From Bacteroidetes bacterium 24-39-8 (lineage in GTDB: Bacteria > Bacteroidota > Bacteroidia > Chitinophagales > Chitinophagaceae): 64,000 nucleotides of DNA. Below, in pieces: positions 59,835-64,000 of this stretch (positions are counted from its first letter, which is position 1; each line of letters opens with the position of its first letter). Made by a program: the position numbers and the translations under genes. Under the pieces are notes generated by a model, which had not been told where the DNA came from, ran no database searches, and saw nothing but the letters and a program-made list of their open reading frames with translations. Location of the stretch: the NCBI GenBank assembly GCA_002256765.1, contig NCHJ01000002.1, positions 225 to 64,224 on the forward strand, written 5' to 3'.

Positions 59835-60553
59835 TATTTTTTCTGATGTTCTGCAAAATATTTTTGCATAAAACCGTTGAAATCGGGCAATTGCTTGTCC
59901 TCATAAATTTGGATAAACTGCTTGAACTGCATATAGCCATAAACATAAGGGTTCTGAGAAGCTTGCTCATAATTCTTGCCAAAATAAGCTTCAATGGTCA
60001 TGCCAGCTGGAACAGGATTGGGTAATTTGGCAAACATGGTTTTAGCCGCATCATAACAGGCTTTTAATTCCTTCTCTCTTCCTTGTTTTCTCCACCAAAG
60101 CATTGCAACCGTGTTGGCAAAATACTCTTCTTCATATGAACCTTTTAAGTTTCCGCGAATAGCTTCTTCTACACCATGACCTAATTCATGCGGTAAATAA
60201 AAACCGTTAAAGAACAAACCAAATGCGGCTTTACCAGCGGCTTCACCACCAGCTACTTCATAAAAGAATTGTTGTTGAGGTGGAATTACTTGGGTCCAAA
60301 TAGGAAGGTTAGCGGTTTTAACTGCTCCCTGCCCATCAAAATAAATCAAATAGGGTGTGGTATTTAAAATGGTAGTTACGTCAAGTGTAATTCCAGGTTT
60401 GATTTTTTTGATATCAGCAATAAATGCTTTGGTGATAGTGCCACCGTCTTGAACCAAACTGGCTGAATCAGTATAAACAGAGAACCAATTTTTTTGAGAA
60501 AATGACAAATGGGCGGTCAGAAAAAGGGCAATAATTAGTGGGATGCGTTTCAT
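59834..60553 (-). CDS. Secreted HExxH metallopeptidase-like protein
   Basis: Signal peptide, PHELGH, and downstream EEYFAN. Confidence 0.6.
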   Translation of the reverse strand: MKRIPLIIALFLTAHLSFSQKNWFSVYTDSASLVQDGGTITKAFIADIKKIKPGITLDVTTILNTTPYLIYFDGQGAVKTANLPIWTQVIPPQQQFFYEVAGGEAAGKAAFGLFFNGFYLPHELGHGVEEAIRGNLKGSYEEEYFANTVAMLWWRKQGREKELKACYDAAKTMFAKLPNPVPAGMTIEAYFGKNYEQASQNPYVYGYMQFKQFIQIYEDKQLPDFNGFMQKYFAEHQKK

Positions 60554-60649
60554 GGATAGGTTGTTGCTATGAATAAAACAACAAAATAATAAGAAATCCT
60601 AATATTATCACTAATCCTTATAGATAAAAAAACAAGTAAAGAGGAATAG

Positions 60650-61405
60650 TTAGATAGAACCCTTCTGCAATAATTTGGAATGTGCAGTGTATTGTTTGTC
60701 TGGACTATAGACAAATAAGCAACTACCATTTCTGATAGTTTCAATAATGGGCTTTTTCAAAGCTTCGGGTATGGCGGGGCAACCTTGGCTACGACCCAAA
60801 TATCCCATTTGGTGAATAGTGCGTTCGTTAACATAATCCGCACTATGCATCACAATGCCTCTTTCCATAGCGTTGTCATTAATCCCAGCTTCTTGTCCTT
60901 CTAGTCTGAGACTGTATCCGTGTTTACCAGAATAGGGACTACCTGTAGTATAGAAACCCAGGCTACTTTTAAAACTATTAAAGGCGTTGGAGAATTTAGA
61001 AGCAAGGGCCGTTCCTGAATTTCTGCCATGAGACACAAATGTGTTGAACAACAAAGCACCCGTTTCTAAATTGATTACAAAAAGCCTTTTTTGACTGGAG
61101 GGCAGACTAAAATCAATGATGGTGAGAATATTGTCTTTTTGAACCTTACCCGCTTGTAGCAATGTTTGATAACCGGTTAAAGCCAAATTAAAAGCTTCTT
61201 TAGATAGACCAAGGCCATCTAAGTCCAGAGAATCATACAAAAAAGCCCGACTATTATCAGCAGTATTGGTGGCTGTTGAGTCTTTATAGGTTGGAACCTT
61301 GGTTTTTGTAGGTCCATATTTTCCGGTACCAAATACCAAACCGCCCATTAATAAGATAACGGGGATTAAGAAGAACCGTATTTTTTTGAACCTCAAAAAA
61401 CGCAT
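60650..61405 (-). CDS. L,D-transpeptidase catalytic domain protein (YkuD-like)
   Basis: IIDFS.PS..KR, VSHGRNSG, SSLGFY, IVMHSA.Y, GRSQGCPA. Likely ATG at 61405; TACCTTTG -7 element at 61456-61449. Confidence 0.88.
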   Translation of the reverse strand: MRFLRFKKIRFFLIPVILLMGGLVFGTGKYGPTKTKVPTYKDSTATNTADNSRAFLYDSLDLDGLGLSKEAFNLALTGYQTLLQAGKVQKDNILTIIDFSLPSSQKRLFVINLETGALLFNTFVSHGRNSGTALASKFSNAFNSFKSSLGFYTTGSPYSGKHGYSLRLEGQEAGINDNAMERGIVMHSADYVNERTIHQMGYLGRSQGCPAIPEALKKPIIETIRNGSCLFVYSPDKQYTAHSKLLQKGSI

Positions 61406-61562
61406 AAGCCATTGATTTTCAATAATGACCCCAAAATCGGGGGGATGGCAAAGGTAGCACCAAGCAGCTTGCCCACAAGCCAAAACAGGAATCTTAGCCT
61501 CGATTTAACGAATTGATTTCCACATAGGCTTTTTCAAGCGGGCATCTATTTATCTTGCAGCC

Positions 61563-63926
61563 ATGCAAGAGTATCTCAAGGGGTTGAATGAACCGCAATA
61601 TGAAGCAGTGACGCATGTAAAGGGTCCCATCATGATTGTTGCGGGTGCTGGATCTGGCAAAACCAAGGTGTTGACCACCAGAATTGCCCACTTAATGGCT
61701 AGTGGAGTAGACGCATTTAATATTTTGGCACTGACTTTTACCAATAAGGCGGCGGCAGAAATGAAGGAGAGGATTGAGAAGATCCTGGGTAATTCTGAGG
61801 CGCGCAACCTCTATATTGGCACTTTCCACAGCGTTTTTGCCCGCATTTTGAGGGGTGAAGCCTATAGAATGGGCTATCCCAGCAATTTTACCATCTATGA
61901 CACAGACGATAGCCGTTCTGTGATTAAGGCCGTGGTGAATGAGCTAAACCTTGATGACAAACACTATAAAGCCAATGTGGTGGGCAACCGGATTTCTCAG
62001 GCCAAGAATGCCTTGGTGGGTCCGGCTGAATACGCCAATGACTATTATATACAACAGGAAGACATGCGCGCCAACCGTCAAGCCATTTCCCAAATCTATA
62101 TGGCTTATGCCAATAGATGCGCCAAAAACGGGGCCATGGACTTTGATGACCTCTTGCTAAAAATGCACGAGCTCTTGAATAATTTTCCAGATGCCCTGCA
62201 CAAATACCAGCACAAGTTCAAGTATATCCTGATTGACGAGTATCAGGATACTAACGCGGTACAGTACCAGATTACCAAGCTATTGGCAGCAGCTCATGAG
62301 AATATTTGTGTGGTGGGAGATGACGCTCAAAGTATTTATAGTTTCCGTGGCGCCACCATTGAAAACATTCTTCAGTTTCAAAAAGACTATGACGATGTAA
62401 AAGTGGTAAAGCTGGAACAGAACTATAGAAGCAGCAAGAATATTATTCATGTGGCCAATGAAGTGATCAAGGTAAACCAGGGTCAGATTCCAAAGAATCT
62501 CTGGACCGATAATGTGGAGGGAGAAAAGATTCGCTTGGTGCGCACCATGACTGATAATGACGAGGGCAAATTTGTGGCCGATACCATTCAGGAACAAAAA
62601 CTGCGTAACCATTTTTACAACCAAGATTTTGCTATTCTCTATAGAACCAATGCACAGAGCCGGGCTTATGAAGAAAGTCTGCGCCGCATGGGTATTGCGT
62701 ATAGAATTTATGGGGGTACCAGCTTCTATCAACGCAAAGAGATCAAGGATTTCTTGGCCTATCTGCGTATTATGGTGAATACCCGTGATGAAGAAGCGCT
62801 AAAAAGAATCATCAATTATCCTGCACGTGGCATTGGCAAAACCAGTATTGAAAAATTGATTACGGCTGCCAATGAAAATGAGATCAGCATGTATGATGTG
62901 GTGTCTAGAGCAGGAGAGTTTGGATTCAAGGGTGGTACTTTGGAATCCCTGCAGAATTTTGTGACCATGATTCGTTATTTCCAAAGCCTGCTCACAGATA
63001 AGAATGCTTATGACGTAGCGGTGCAAGTAGGTAAGCATACCAATTTGGTCAAGGAATTATTTGCAGACAAAACCACAGAAGGGCTGGCGCGATATGAAAA
63101 CGTGCAAGAGTTGTTGAACTCCATAAAGGAATGGACTGAGAGCCCAGACAATGAAGATGGTGAAGTGGGTAGCAAGAGCATGGGTGCTTACTTGCAACAG
63201 ATTACTTTGGTTACGGATGCCGATGACAACAAACAAGAAACCGATGTGGTGAAATTAATGACCATTCATGCGGCAAAGGGTTTGGAATTTAGTTGTGTAT
63301 TTGTGGGTGGGATTGAAGAAACTTTGTTCCCCAATGCCATGGCCATTAATACCCGCGAGGAATTAGAAGAAGAACGCAGGTTGTTCTATGTGGCCATTAC
63401 CAGGGCCAAACAACATCTTTGGTTAACCTATGCCAACTCACGTTATAGGTTTGGTCAGTTGGTGCAAAATGAACCCAGCCGTTTTATAGAAGAAATGCCC
63501 GAAGCCTATATAGACAAAAGCTATGCAGGTGGTGGTGCTAGAAATAATTCTTCCAGTCAATGGGGTGGTGGTTTTGAAAGAATGCAACGCGGTTTTGGCA
63601 ATAGCAATTCAGCCGCCTCAGCGGAGAAAAAATATGGGGCTCCTCCAGCTAGAAAACCAGACACACCCAAGGGCAAACCAGAATACTTACCCGTTGTTCC
63701 TCCAGCGAGTAAAGTAGTGGAACACCAGCCTTCCGGCGATTTTGTGGCCAGTGATACCAGTGGTTTACAAGCCGGTCAAAAAGTGGAGCATTTAAAATTT
63801 GGATTTGGGGTAGTAGCCAAGGTAGAAGGCTCTGCACACAATCCTATTGCTACTATTCATTTTGCCACCAACGGAGAAAAGAAAATCATGCTCAACTATG
63901 CCAAGTTGCGCATAGTGCCGGAATAA
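61563..63926 (+). CDS. pcrA: ATP-dependent DNA helicase UvrD/PcrA
   Basis: AGAGSGKT, TFTNKAA, DEYQD, GDDAQSIY.FRG, LEQNYRS, TIHAAKGLEF, EERRLFYVAITRA, and C-terminal VEHLKFGFG. Confidence 0.96.
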   Translation: MQEYLKGLNEPQYEAVTHVKGPIMIVAGAGSGKTKVLTTRIAHLMASGVDAFNILALTFTNKAAAEMKERIEKILGNSEARNLYIGTFHSVFARILRGEAYRMGYPSNFTIYDTDDSRSVIKAVVNELNLDDKHYKANVVGNRISQAKNALVGPAEYANDYYIQQEDMRANRQAISQIYMAYANRCAKNGAMDFDDLLLKMHELLNNFPDALHKYQHKFKYILIDEYQDTNAVQYQITKLLAAAHENICVVGDDAQSIYSFRGATIENILQFQKDYDDVKVVKLEQNYRSSKNIIHVANEVIKVNQGQIPKNLWTDNVEGEKIRLVRTMTDNDEGKFVADTIQEQKLRNHFYNQDFAILYRTNAQSRAYEESLRRMGIAYRIYGGTSFYQRKEIKDFLAYLRIMVNTRDEEALKRIINYPARGIGKTSIEKLITAANENEISMYDVVSRAGEFGFKGGTLESLQNFVTMIRYFQSLLTDKNAYDVAVQVGKHTNLVKELFADKTTEGLARYENVQELLNSIKEWTESPDNEDGEVGSKSMGAYLQQITLVTDADDNKQETDVVKLMTIHAAKGLEFSCVFVGGIEETLFPNAMAINTREELEEERRLFYVAITRAKQHLWLTYANSRYRFGQLVQNEPSRFIEEMPEAYIDKSYAGGGARNNSSSQWGGGFERMQRGFGNSNSAASAEKKYGAPPARKPDTPKGKPEYLPVVPPASKVVEHQPSGDFVASDTSGLQAGQKVEHLKFGFGVVAKVEGSAHNPIATIHFATNGEKKIMLNYAKLRIVPE

Positions 63927-64000
63927 AAGGAAATGGTTGATAGCGTATATCGCCGCAGGCTAGTAGTCCTTCACATTGATCTTGCTTTCTAATGATGCTG

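Noticed and set aside
60611-60623. CTAA-TCCTT-ATAG near-match to the recA operator
   Set aside because: It has one mismatch, sits in AT-rich sequence and precedes a non-repair gene; probably chance.
58-63837. Many short (60-150 aa) ORFs antisense to or overlapping long genes
   Set aside because: They lie inside well-supported genes and show no recognisable motifs; these are shadow ORFs.
1-64000. parS sites, tRNA/rRNA genes, transposases, integrases, prophage or defence genes
   Set aside because: None recognised by eye. A degenerate parS could have been missed without a motif scan.
1-64000. GC-skew switch at the candidate origin
   Set aside because: Spot counts of a few lines were dominated by coding-strand bias, so I make no claim without computation.

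Overview
Chromosomal window of a Bacteroidota bacterium, probably Chitinophagaceae-like (SusC/SusD pairs, TAnnTTTG promoters, nrdB-nrdA order, EF-G2). It is mostly core genome, with polA, nadA, recA, mgsA, uvrB, nrdBA and pcrA/uvrD. I saw no prophage, IS, CRISPR, rRNA or tRNA. The strongest non-coding signals are: (1) a probable replication origin at about 10020-10545 between a ppiD-like gene and nadA, with about 10 DnaA boxes, overlapping tandem boxes, a GC spacer, DnaA-trios and an AT-rich DUE, and no dnaA in the window; (2) two perfect ACTAA-N5-TTAGT palindromes before recA, resembling the non-canonical Bacteroidetes SOS box; (3) a cobalamin riboswitch before nrdBA; (4) a 12-bp perfect palindrome upstream of a His-rich small protein and EF-G2. 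The most interesting accessory loci are a 15-kb uptake locus with three fasciclin lipoproteins and two SusC/SusD pairs but no glycosidase or regulator, followed by a two-domain acetylesterase fusion, and an acyltransferase-3 / duplicated-Ig CE7 esterase / beta-barrel cassette. All calls are by eye from sequence motifs; no database searches were run.
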